Shown here piece after piece: positions 6,615-14,992 of a stretch of DNA of 32,000 nt; position 1 is the first letter of the stretch; every line of letters starts with the position of its first letter. The notes beneath the pieces are model-generated. The model was given only the letters and a program-made list of their open reading frames with translations, did no database searches and was not told where the DNA came from. The stretch is from Caldivirga maquilingensis IC-167 (lineage in GTDB: Archaea; Thermoproteota; Thermoprotei; Thermoproteales; Thermocladiaceae). A program made the translations under genes and the position numbers. The stretch lies in NCBI RefSeq assembly GCF_000018305.1, contig NC_009954.1, forward strand, positions 360,001 through 392,000, read 5' to 3'.

Positions 6615-7533
6615 TTTACTAGTGGTCTCAGACTGCGTCCTAGACATTTACTACAGGGTTAAGAGACTCCCCATAAAGGCATACGACATAGTGGTTACTA
6701 ATGAACCAGTACTCTCACCTGGAGGCGCATGTAGTGTTGCTGTTGTAGCCAGTAAACTTGGCTTAAGGGTGGCTGTTGTTGATAAACTTGGTGATGACCC
6801 ATTCTCAGTAATCCTCATTAACATGCTTGAGAAGGCCAATGTATACACAGGCTTTATAAAACGTATGAACGGCTCCTACACAACAGTCTCAAATAACATA
6901 ATTGATGAATTAGGTAGATACGCCTTCCTAGGCTACCTAGGTGCCGGAGCCCATTTAACGCCCAGTGATATTGATGAGCAGGTGGTAAAGTCCTTTAAGG
7001 CAGTGTTCATAAGCGGCTTCAACATAGCGTACTCCAGTGATGTTAAGGAAGCTGTTATTAAAGTCATTAAGACTAGCGTTAATAATGGGGTAATGGTGTT
7101 CCTGGACCCAGGCCCCGCGGCTGGGTTTGTTAAGGAGTTGGTTACATTGATTAAGCCACCGGGGGCGGTCTTACTTAATAGTGATGAGGCTAAGGCCCTC
7201 TATGGGTTAAGCCTTAAGGATACCATTAAGGTAATGAGGAGGAGCGGGGGGAGCTTCATCATTAAGCTGGGCAGTAAGGGGGCCTTACTGGTTAATAATA
7301 ATGTTAAACACTGCCCCACACGAGTGGTGAAGAGGGTGCTAACAACTATTGGAGCTGGTGACGCCTTTGATGCAGCATACATTACTGGGTTACTAAGGGG
7401 GCTTAGTGGCTATGAGGCGTGTAGGTTAGCTAACCATGTGGCCTCCTTAAGGTTAAACGTATTGAGCACCATGGATATGCCTGATATGAGGGGCCTCATT
7501 GAGCAATGGATTAAGGGATCCAGTGCGGATTAA
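6601..7533 (+). CDS. PfkB-family carbohydrate/ribokinase-like kinase
   Basis: 310 aa. C-terminal PfkB signature TTIGAGDAFDAAYITGLL. N-terminal SPGGACSVAV. Overlaps the transporter gene by 14 nt, suggesting an operon. Confidence 0.8.
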   Translation: MRMLDLLVVSDCVLDIYYRVKRLPIKAYDIVVTNEPVLSPGGACSVAVVASKLGLRVAVVDKLGDDPFSVILINMLEKANVYTGFIKRMNGSYTTVSNNIIDELGRYAFLGYLGAGAHLTPSDIDEQVVKSFKAVFISGFNIAYSSDVKEAVIKVIKTSVNNGVMVFLDPGPAAGFVKELVTLIKPPGAVLLNSDEAKALYGLSLKDTIKVMRRSGGSFIIKLGSKGALLVNNNVKHCPTRVVKRVLTTIGAGDAFDAAYITGLLRGLSGYEACRLANHVASLRLNVLSTMDMPDMRGLIEQWIKGSSAD

Positions 7534-7913
7534 TCAGTGGTGAGGGCGTCGTCAATCATGGTGTAGACTAGGTAAAGTATTATTGATAAGGCGAGTACGT
7601 AATCCAGGATTAATGATGAGGATACAGCAACCATACCACCCACTGAGGTTGGCCTAGTACCCATTGTGAACAGGGAGAGTAACGCTAAGCCCTCCACCAG
7701 TGACGCCGTGACCGCGAATATTGAGTGCTCAGTACCCTTCACTATTGACCTAACCCCAGCAGCTGCAATAGCAACCACAACCAGTATTAAACCGGTTAAT
7801 GATATTGAGTAACCGAGCAGGCTTAGTAGGCTGTATAGGATAAGCAGCATTAATACGTCAACAGTAATATTCAGTAGAACAGACCTAACCCTACCTGGCA
7901 TACTCAACACCAA
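7530..7913 (-). CDS. Small integral membrane protein (about 4 TM), unknown function
   Basis: 127-aa ORF made almost entirely of hydrophobic helices. Its start overlaps the stop of the upstream ORF. Confidence 0.5.
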   Translation of the reverse strand: MVLSMPGRVRSVLLNITVDVLMLLILYSLLSLLGYSISLTGLILVVVAIAAAGVRSIVKGTEHSIFAVTASLVEGLALLSLFTMGTRPTSVGGMVAVSSSLILDYVLALSIILYLVYTMIDDALTTD

Positions 7914-8217
7914 GAGTTATGTTGAATAAACCTAGGCCAAGCGTTACATTACTTAGTAATTGAGTTGAATTAATAATGAGGCATCCATACTGCCCCGGGT
8001 TAATTAAAGCCTCACTGGAGCCAGCCATTAATGTTACCTCCAGTGGCGTCTTATTGCTTACGCACACCTTAGTACTGTATATGTTACCTACCTGGGAGAC
8101 TGTTAAGGTTAGGTTCTTCACTATAACCATTATTGAGAGAATTACGGTTAATACCTCAATGACCAGTATTAGCATTATGAACGCCTCAATGACCTTGCCC
8201 AACATAGGTTTGAACAC
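7891..8217 (-). CDS. Small membrane-anchored protein with a sequon-rich extracytoplasmic domain, unknown function
   Basis: 108 aa. N-terminal TM segment (IEAFIMLILVIEVLTVILSIMVIV) followed by five N-x-S/T sequons (NLT, NKT, NST, NVT, NIT). Confidence 0.5.
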   Translation of the reverse strand: MFKPMLGKVIEAFIMLILVIEVLTVILSIMVIVKNLTLTVSQVGNIYSTKVCVSNKTPLEVTLMAGSSEALINPGQYGCLIINSTQLLSNVTLGLGLFNITLGVEYAR

Positions 8218-8485
8218 CCCTAGCCATTATCATTGAACCAACCCACGCTATTATCACTATGAACACTGACTTATAGGTTACGTAGCCTATTAGATTAAGT
8301 ACACCGCTAATGCTTGTGCTTGAGCCAAGGTACCTTGTTAATGGTGAAGCATTAACGTACTCTAGGTAAGCCAACACCACCGCAATTATCATTAGGATTA
8401 AGCCAATTACAATTAAAGCTAAGGCTAACCCACTCCCCCTACGCCTAGGGGGTTGTTGATAAGGGTAATTGTAGGGTGGTTGCAT
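8186..8485 (-). CDS. Small membrane protein with a Pro/Tyr/Gln-rich N-terminus, unknown function
   Basis: 99 aa. MQPPYNYPYQQPPRRRGSG followed by 2-3 TM helices. First gene of a three-gene overlapping operon. Confidence 0.5.
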   Translation of the reverse strand: MQPPYNYPYQQPPRRRGSGLALALIVIGLILMIIAVVLAYLEYVNASPLTRYLGSSTSISGVLNLIGYVTYKSVFIVIIAWVGSMIMARGVQTYVGQGH

Positions 8486-8561
8486 TGAATTAAGTTGACG
8501 TGGGGTGTTAAAAGGGTATCGTGAATTTAAACCATAGATACTTGTTCATTAAGCCGTTAGG

Positions 8562-8569
8562 TTTATAAG
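8562..8569 (+). promoter_or_regulatory. TATA-like box (tttataag) for pyrG
   Basis: Lies 21-28 nt upstream of ATG 8590, consistent with a leaderless or near-leaderless archaeal promoter. Confidence 0.4.
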
Positions 8570-8589
8570 AGGTGCATTAATTAAGCTTC

Positions 8590-10218
8590 ATGACTGCCTT
8601 CATATTCATTACAGGCGGTGTAATGAGCAGTGTGGGTAAGGGCATAGCCACAGCATCCATAGCTAAGATCCTCCAGGCTAGGGGGCTTTCAGTAACGGCG
8701 ATTAAGGTGGATCCGTACTTAAACGTTGATGCTGGTACAATGAATCCTTACCAACATGGTGAAGTCTACGTCACCGCTGATGGTGGTGAAACGGACCTGG
8801 ACCTGGGTCATTATGAGAGGTTTCTCGACGTTGAATTATCCAAGAGCCACAACATAACCTCTGGTCAAGTTTACTTAAGTGTGATTGATGGTGAACGAAG
8901 GGGAGTTTACCTTGGGCAAACGGTTCAATTAATACCGCATGTGACGAATGAGATTAAGGCTAGGATTAGGGCTATTGCCAAGGAGGGTTGGGATGCCGTG
9001 GTTATTGAGATTGGGGGAACTGTTGGTGATTACGAGAGTCTACCATTCCTTGAAGCCGCCAGGCAGATGAGGCTTGAGGAGAATGGTAACGTGGTGTTTG
9101 TTCACGTAGCCCCAGTGCCAATCCTAGACGTAACTGATGAATTCAAAACTAAGCCACTGCAGCACAGTGTCATGGAGCTTAGGAGGGTTGGTATTCAACC
9201 TGACATAATAATAATAAGGTCCACTAGACCAATAACCAATGATGTTAAGGCCAAGGTATCCTTATTCACCAATGTGCCTCAAAACCTAATATTCAACTCC
9301 TTTAACGTCGACACAATATACAGGGTACCGTTAATCCTTGATGAACAGGGATTAGGCAGAATGCTTACTGAGTTACTTAAGGTTAAGGTGAATGAACCCA
9401 AGTGGGATGATTGGGTTAACCTAGTGAACTCAATGGTTAACGCCACTGATGAGGTTAAGGTAACACTCTGCGGTAAGTACGTTAAACTAAGGGACGCCTA
9501 CATAAGTATTGTGGAGGCTATTAGGCATGCGGCCGCTTGGCTGAGGGTTAAGCCTAGGATTATTTGGTGTGATTCAGAGGAGGTGGAGAAGGATCCCGAC
9601 TTACTACCTAAAATGAATACTGACGCCTACATAATACTACCCGGCTTCGGAGCAAGGGGTGTTGAGGGTAAGATAATGGCCATTAGGTATGCTAGGGAGA
9701 ATAACATACCCCTACTGGGCATATGCTACGGCATGCAGCTCTCAGTGGTTGAGTACGCTAGGGATGTTCTAGGCCTTAAGGACGCCCACACCACCGAGGT
9801 TAACCCAAACACCACCCACCCAGTGATAGACATAACCCCAGAGGAGAAGAGCATTAACAAACTAGGGGGCACTATGATACTTGGTGATAGGGAAATAAGT
9901 ATTACCGAGGGGAGTATTCTTCATGGAATCTATGGTTCATTAAGGATTAGGGAAAGGCATAGACATAGGTATGAGGTTAACCCAGCCTACTTTAAGCAGC
10001 TTCAGGAGGCAGGCTTAGTCTTCTCAGCCATGAGGATTGATGTACCTAGAGTGGAGGCTATTGAACTACATAACCACTACTTCTTCATAGCAACCCAATT
10101 CCACCCCGAATTCAGAAGCAGGTTAACTAGACCACACCCATTATTCACCGCCCTACTAAAAGCCGCATTAGCAAGGAAAATGGGCCTTGAATCACCATAC
10201 ACCGGTGTTAAACCATAA
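8590..10218 (+). CDS. pyrG: CTP synthase
   Basis: 542 aa. N-terminal FITGGVMSSVGKGI, glutamine amidotransferase GICYGMQ, and ATQFHPEF. Confidence 0.95.
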   Translation: MTAFIFITGGVMSSVGKGIATASIAKILQARGLSVTAIKVDPYLNVDAGTMNPYQHGEVYVTADGGETDLDLGHYERFLDVELSKSHNITSGQVYLSVIDGERRGVYLGQTVQLIPHVTNEIKARIRAIAKEGWDAVVIEIGGTVGDYESLPFLEAARQMRLEENGNVVFVHVAPVPILDVTDEFKTKPLQHSVMELRRVGIQPDIIIIRSTRPITNDVKAKVSLFTNVPQNLIFNSFNVDTIYRVPLILDEQGLGRMLTELLKVKVNEPKWDDWVNLVNSMVNATDEVKVTLCGKYVKLRDAYISIVEAIRHAAAWLRVKPRIIWCDSEEVEKDPDLLPKMNTDAYIILPGFGARGVEGKIMAIRYARENNIPLLGICYGMQLSVVEYARDVLGLKDAHTTEVNPNTTHPVIDITPEEKSINKLGGTMILGDREISITEGSILHGIYGSLRIRERHRHRYEVNPAYFKQLQEAGLVFSAMRIDVPRVEAIELHNHYFFIATQFHPEFRSRLTRPHPLFTALLKAALARKMGLESPYTGVKP

Positions 10219-10264
10219 CCAAAACACATCCTAATTCCTTTACTTTCAATCCCTTATTCTTTCT

Positions 10265-10424
10265 CTTTCTAATCCCTTTTGGGATTTACATGCAAATTCC
10301 GAATCAGAAGCAAACATTAAAGAAAATACTAATCTTTCTAATCCCTTTTGGGATTTACAAGCTCAGGAAACCAGCCACGATTCAAGAACTCATTTTACTC
10401 TTTCTAATCCCTTTTGGGATTTAC
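10265..10424 (-). CRISPR. Mini CRISPR array: 3 identical 25-nt repeats and 2 spacers (44 and 41 nt); crRNA sense inferred on the minus strand
   Basis: Repeats ctttctaatcccttttgggatttac at 10265..10289, 10334..10358 and 10400..10424. The reverse complement, GTAAATCCCAAAAGGGATTAGAAAG, closely resembles the Sulfolobus repeat GATTAATCCCAAAAGGAATTGAAAG, including the ...GAAAG 3' end. A degenerate partial repeat lies at 10243..10264. Confidence 0.8.
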
Positions 10425-10727
10425 TGATTCATTAGCTTTTTTAGGGTTTTTAAGTTTTACTCCATGGTTTGCTTTGTTTACCATCAGCACAACCATTCCA
10501 CCATCCCACACCCCCACATCACTGTGCTAATGGTGTAATGAAGCCCCTCAATGGTTGTGCTAATTGAAAGAAATGAAGAATGAAAATGAAACTGTGCCGA
10601 TGAAAATATATAGACTATATAGTGGATGTGCTTTGGATTAAGAGGTGGGGGGTTCATTATTTTAGTGCGTTTGTTGATTATGGTTGAGGTAAAAATCTAG
10701 AGGGATGAAGGTTATTTTAAGTGGTCA
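10425..10727 (-). promoter_or_regulatory. Putative CRISPR leader (A/T-rich, non-coding)
   Basis: This is the only sizeable non-coding flank of the array; the other flank is 46 nt from the pyrG stop. In minus-strand sense the sequence just 5' of the first repeat is cttaaaaaccctaaaaaagctaatgaatca, with TATA-like runs. Confidence 0.4.
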
Positions 10728-11642
10728 TTAAGGCTTTTCTTCAATAACTGGGTTTCTTAAAATACCTATGCCCTCGACCTCGGCTTCGACTAAGTCACCA
10801 TGCTTTAGGAACTTGCCCTTGGGGAATCCAACACCAGATGGGGTGCCTGTGGATATGTAGTCGCCTGGTTTAAGTGTTATGCCTTGGGTTGCCCAGTGTA
10901 TTAAGTCAGGTATCTTGAATATTAAATCCCTTGTATTACCATCCTGCTCCACTGATCCATTAACCCTGAGCGTTAACCTTAGATTATGTGGGTCATTTAT
11001 CTCATCCTTAGTCACAATGTATGGGCCCACTGGCATTGCCCCATCCATGGATTTACCGTGTATCCAATCCATACCGAATTGATCCATTGAGGGGAATTGC
11101 CAATCCCTCATGGAGACGTCGTTAGTTACCACGTAGCCGAAAACGTGGTTGAAGGCATCCTTAACATCAATGTACTTACCCCTCCTACCTATCACGACAC
11201 CAAGTTCCACCTCCCAATCCATCTTATTGGAGGCCTTAGGCTTAACTATGGGTTGTCCATTACCGATTAAGGCGTTACGGAACTTCGGGAAGAAGTATGG
11301 CCTCTCAGGGGGTTTAGTGCTACTTTCCTCGCCGTGAGCCCTGTAATTAACTGCAACGCACAGGATCTTCTCAGGGTCAGTGACTGGGGGGAGCCAGTTG
11401 ATTGATGATGGGTTAAGCAGTAAATCCTCTCTACTTGACTTAAGGGTCTTATTAATTAAATCATTAACAATGCTTAATGCTGGTTCACCATTCTCAATTA
11501 GCTTCCTCATGGAGTAGAGGAAGTCTGGGGCTGATTCAGCCTCATAAATTGTGACGTATGCTTTAGGTAAATCAACAACACCCCTACCAGTGTATGCCCC
11601 AACCCTAACTACGCCGCCCTGTTCGAAGGTTAATAGTCTCAT
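10728..11642 (-). CDS. Fumarylacetoacetate hydrolase (FAH) family protein
   Basis: 304 aa. DWEVELGVVIGRRGKYI and ISTGTPSGVG motifs typical of FAH-fold hydratases and decarboxylases. Confidence 0.9.
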   Translation of the reverse strand: MRLLTFEQGGVVRVGAYTGRGVVDLPKAYVTIYEAESAPDFLYSMRKLIENGEPALSIVNDLINKTLKSSREDLLLNPSSINWLPPVTDPEKILCVAVNYRAHGEESSTKPPERPYFFPKFRNALIGNGQPIVKPKASNKMDWEVELGVVIGRRGKYIDVKDAFNHVFGYVVTNDVSMRDWQFPSMDQFGMDWIHGKSMDGAMPVGPYIVTKDEINDPHNLRLTLRVNGSVEQDGNTRDLIFKIPDLIHWATQGITLKPGDYISTGTPSGVGFPKGKFLKHGDLVEAEVEGIGILRNPVIEEKP

Positions 11643-11719
11643 AGTTAGGCTTAGTTACCTGGATAAATAAGTATTAACCATACTTTAATTTGAATAATAG
11701 TTAAATACGGTTAAGTGCA

Positions 11720-13111
11720 TTGCTTAACCGCATGATAAACCCATTGACCGCGGTGGTTATTGTAGTAACCGTATTGATGATTTACCCAATACTAATACTC
11801 ATTTATGATATTCATAATTACTTAGCCTACAGGAGGAGGGGGATTAGGGATGAGGCGGTGGAGTGCATTAATGGGCTTGGAGCCTTAAGTATAATAATAC
11901 CCACGTGGCATGAATCAATGGATGCCGTTGTGGATGCTGTTAAAAGGGCGTTGGGCTTTAATTGGCCTGGTCCAATTGAAGTAATAGTGGTTTCGGATGA
12001 TGATGAGGATTACGTTAATGAACTTAAACGTAGGGTTACTGGCCTTGGGGATAACGTTAAGGTACTTAGGAGGATTAATAAGAATGCGGGTAAGGCAGGG
12101 GCTATTGATTACGGGTTTAGGCACTCCAGGGGTGATTACGTGTTAACCATGGATGTTGACTCACTCATAGACTCAAACTTCCCCCTTAAGGCCTGCGGCT
12201 TAATGACTAAGAGTAATGCGGCTGCTGTGGCTGGTAGATGGTTTGGTTATAATACTGATACACTAATCTCCGAAGCCGTCACGGCATCAATGAACCTAGC
12301 CGTAGACACTATACAGGGTGGTAGGAGGGCGAGGGGTTTACCTGCCTTAGTGGTTGGGACGGGTACGATGTTTAAGGCTAGTGCGCTCAGGGAGGTGGAT
12401 GGGTGGAGTGGTAGTGGGCCTCAGGATGATATATATATCTGGCTTAAGTTAATATCAAGGGGTTTCGATGTAGGTTTCATTGATGGTAAGGTTGTTGGTG
12501 TTGAGAACCCGAGGACGTACAGTGTCTTTAAGTTTCAACAAAGTAAGTGGGCTTATGGTGTTGCTGATGCATTAAGGAGAATGATTAGAAGACTCATGAG
12601 TAGTGGTGTTAGTGCCAGGGTTAAGTTTGATGCCTTACTATTACTAACCCAATACGTAACTCCTGCATTATTCATTTTAAGTAGCCTAATTATTGGGGTT
12701 ACTTCAATACTCCTGGGGGGTTTCATAGGCTTAGCCACACTACCCCTACTCACCCTATATGGTGCACTCGCCTTAGCCTACGGCTACATACCATTAAGAA
12801 CAGGGAACGGGGGGTTGACGCCTTACTCTGCGGGTAGGTCGTCAGCCATGGTTATGGCTATGAGTCTGCAGGTTCTTTACTCATACATTAAGGGTTCCCT
12901 GGGACTAAGCTTTAAGGGGTGGGATGTTACACCTAAGGGTGGGTTAACGGTGATTAAGGCTTTACCCATTGAAACAATAATGATGATGACCTTCACGGTG
13001 CTACTAATCCTTAACCTAATCCACGGTTACTTATCATCATCACTATGGGTGGCTGTGGGTGATGCATCATACATATACGTTCACTACAGGTTCGCCAGGG
13101 AGATTCTTTAA
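11720..13111 (+). CDS. Membrane-bound family 2 glycosyltransferase (processive synthase-like)
   Basis: 463 aa. N-terminal TM segment, VVSDDDED, DxD motif TMDVDS, QxxRW-like FQQSKWAYG, and several C-terminal TM helices. Confidence 0.8.
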   Translation: MLNRMINPLTAVVIVVTVLMIYPILILIYDIHNYLAYRRRGIRDEAVECINGLGALSIIIPTWHESMDAVVDAVKRALGFNWPGPIEVIVVSDDDEDYVNELKRRVTGLGDNVKVLRRINKNAGKAGAIDYGFRHSRGDYVLTMDVDSLIDSNFPLKACGLMTKSNAAAVAGRWFGYNTDTLISEAVTASMNLAVDTIQGGRRARGLPALVVGTGTMFKASALREVDGWSGSGPQDDIYIWLKLISRGFDVGFIDGKVVGVENPRTYSVFKFQQSKWAYGVADALRRMIRRLMSSGVSARVKFDALLLLTQYVTPALFILSSLIIGVTSILLGGFIGLATLPLLTLYGALALAYGYIPLRTGNGGLTPYSAGRSSAMVMAMSLQVLYSYIKGSLGLSFKGWDVTPKGGLTVIKALPIETIMMMTFTVLLILNLIHGYLSSSLWVAVGDASYIYVHYRFAREIL

Positions 13112-13155
13112 TTCACCTAGAGGAAAGCATTTAAGCACCTTTAACTTAAGCCTGC

Positions 13156-14928
13156 GTGTCGGATAAATTCAATGATGTTGTGGCGGAGTCAGGCTTCTAC
13201 TGGCCTAGCTTCGACGTATATAGGGGTAAGGTTGAGGCCGGTGGATTCTACGACTATGGGTTGCTCGGCGTCTTATTGAAGAGGAACATTATTGAGAAGT
13301 GGAGGAGAATGTTCATACTACCTTACTTGGAATTCACATACGAGGTTGAAACCCCAGTGATAATGCCCAGTATAGTCTTTGAGGCAAGCGGCCATGTTGA
13401 ACACTTCACCGATTACCTAGTAACCTGCAGTAAGTGTGGGCGTAAGTATAGGGCTGATCACCTAGTGGAGGAGGAGCTTGGTAAGAGGGGGATTAAGGTT
13501 AAGACGGAGGGGCTTAATGAAGTGGAGTTAACGGGCTTAATAAGGAGGAATAACATAAGGTGCCCTGCCTGTGGAGGTGAGTTGAGTGATGTTCAGAAGT
13601 TTAACCTACTCTTCAAAACCACCATAGGGCCGTATAGTGAGAACGTGGGTTACCTAAGGCCTGAGACTGCTCAAGGAATGTTCGTTAACTTCAATAGGAT
13701 ATACAGGATAATGGGGAAGTTACCCATGGCTATAGCCCAGGTTGGTAAGGTTGGTAGGAATGAGATTTCACCAAGGCAGGGGTTGGTTAGGCTTAGGGAG
13801 TTTTCCCAAATGGAGATTGAGCTATTCTTTGATCCGCAGGATTCATCATGCCCATACATTAATGATGTCAATGACGTTAAGTTAAGGCTACTCACAGAGG
13901 AGGATGTGGCTAAGGGGGTTAATGAACCCAGGGTTGTTTCAGCTGAGGAGGCTGTGAGGATGGGTTACGTGGCTAATGAATGGATGGCCTTCTACATGGC
14001 CCTCTCAGTTAAGTTCCTTAAAAGCCTAGGCGTACCCGAGGAGAAGCAAATGTTCATAGCTAAGCTACCTAATGAGAGGGCTCACTACGCCAGGATGGTT
14101 TACGACCACGTAGTCTACACTGAACGCTTCGGTTGGCTTGAGGTTAGTGGGCATGCCTATAGGGGGGACTATGACTTAAGTAGGCACTCATCATACAGTG
14201 GTCAGGATATTTCAGCGGTTAGGAGGCTTAAGGAGCCTAAGGTTATTGAGGAGCATAGGGTTTACCCTAACCCATCAAGGATAAGGGAGGTTTACGGTAA
14301 TGAAGCACCCCTAGTCCTCAAGGCCTTAGCCAGTGTTAACCCGGAGGAGTTGGTTAGGGAATTAACCAGTAAGGGTGAGGTGGTTATTAATGGGTTTAAG
14401 GTAACTAGGGACATGGTGTTCATTAAGACTGAGTCAAGGAAAGTGAGTACGGAGAACTTCATACCCCACGTTATTGAACCATCATTCGGCATAGATAGGA
14501 TACTCTACGTTACGCTTGAGAACGCATACGCATTAATTGATGGTAGGATTGTACTTAAGTTACCTAGGGATGTAGCCCCCATTACGGTTGCGGTACTACC
14601 AATAGTGAGTAGGGGGGAGTTGATTAAGGTGGCTAAGGACATTAGGATTAACCTAATTAATGAGGGTATCACAGCTGTTTATGATGATGGCGGAACCATA
14701 GGGGCTAGGTACGCTAAGTGGGATAGCTTAGGTACACCACTGGCAGTAACCGTGGATGCTGATACGCTTAAGGATAATACGGTTACAGTTAGGGATAGGG
14801 ATAGTAGGGTTCAGGTTAGGGTTAAGGTTCAGGACCTTGTATCCATTATTAGGGAGCTCCTGAGGGGTAAGTCAATTAATGAGGTTGCTGTTGAAAGGAA
14901 CCTACAACTCATAGTAAGAAGCCAGTAG
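13156..14928 (+). CDS. glyS: Glycyl-tRNA synthetase (archaeal/eukaryotic class II type)
   Basis: 590 aa. RPETAQGMFVNF, EPSFGIDR, a Cys4 ribbon insertion (CSKCGRKYRADH...CPACGG), and a C-terminal anticodon-binding domain. Confidence 0.95.
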   Translation: MSDKFNDVVAESGFYWPSFDVYRGKVEAGGFYDYGLLGVLLKRNIIEKWRRMFILPYLEFTYEVETPVIMPSIVFEASGHVEHFTDYLVTCSKCGRKYRADHLVEEELGKRGIKVKTEGLNEVELTGLIRRNNIRCPACGGELSDVQKFNLLFKTTIGPYSENVGYLRPETAQGMFVNFNRIYRIMGKLPMAIAQVGKVGRNEISPRQGLVRLREFSQMEIELFFDPQDSSCPYINDVNDVKLRLLTEEDVAKGVNEPRVVSAEEAVRMGYVANEWMAFYMALSVKFLKSLGVPEEKQMFIAKLPNERAHYARMVYDHVVYTERFGWLEVSGHAYRGDYDLSRHSSYSGQDISAVRRLKEPKVIEEHRVYPNPSRIREVYGNEAPLVLKALASVNPEELVRELTSKGEVVINGFKVTRDMVFIKTESRKVSTENFIPHVIEPSFGIDRILYVTLENAYALIDGRIVLKLPRDVAPITVAVLPIVSRGELIKVAKDIRINLINEGITAVYDDGGTIGARYAKWDSLGTPLAVTVDADTLKDNTVTVRDRDSRVQVRVKVQDLVSIIRELLRGKSINEVAVERNLQLIVRSQ

Positions 14929-14992
14929 ACGCTATAGGCATAAATACAAGTACTGAGGAATACTTATAATTCACTGAAGACGCTTAGGCACT

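Noticed and set aside
7976-8236. 86-aa plus-strand ORF
   Set aside because: It is antisense to the small-membrane-protein operon, and the minus-strand ORFs form a coherent overlapping series with clear TM helices.
10433-10454. cttttttagggtttttaag as a possible fourth, degenerate CRISPR repeat
   Set aside because: It lies only 8 nt from repeat 3, so there is no room for a spacer. Similarity is limited to the T-run/GGG core, and it is better explained as A/T-rich leader or promoter sequence on the minus strand.
10563-10570. attgaaag, the canonical crenarchaeal crRNA handle sequence, on the plus strand in the putative leader
   Set aside because: It is an isolated 8-mer with no adjoining repeat-like sequence, and it is on the opposite strand to the inferred array orientation.
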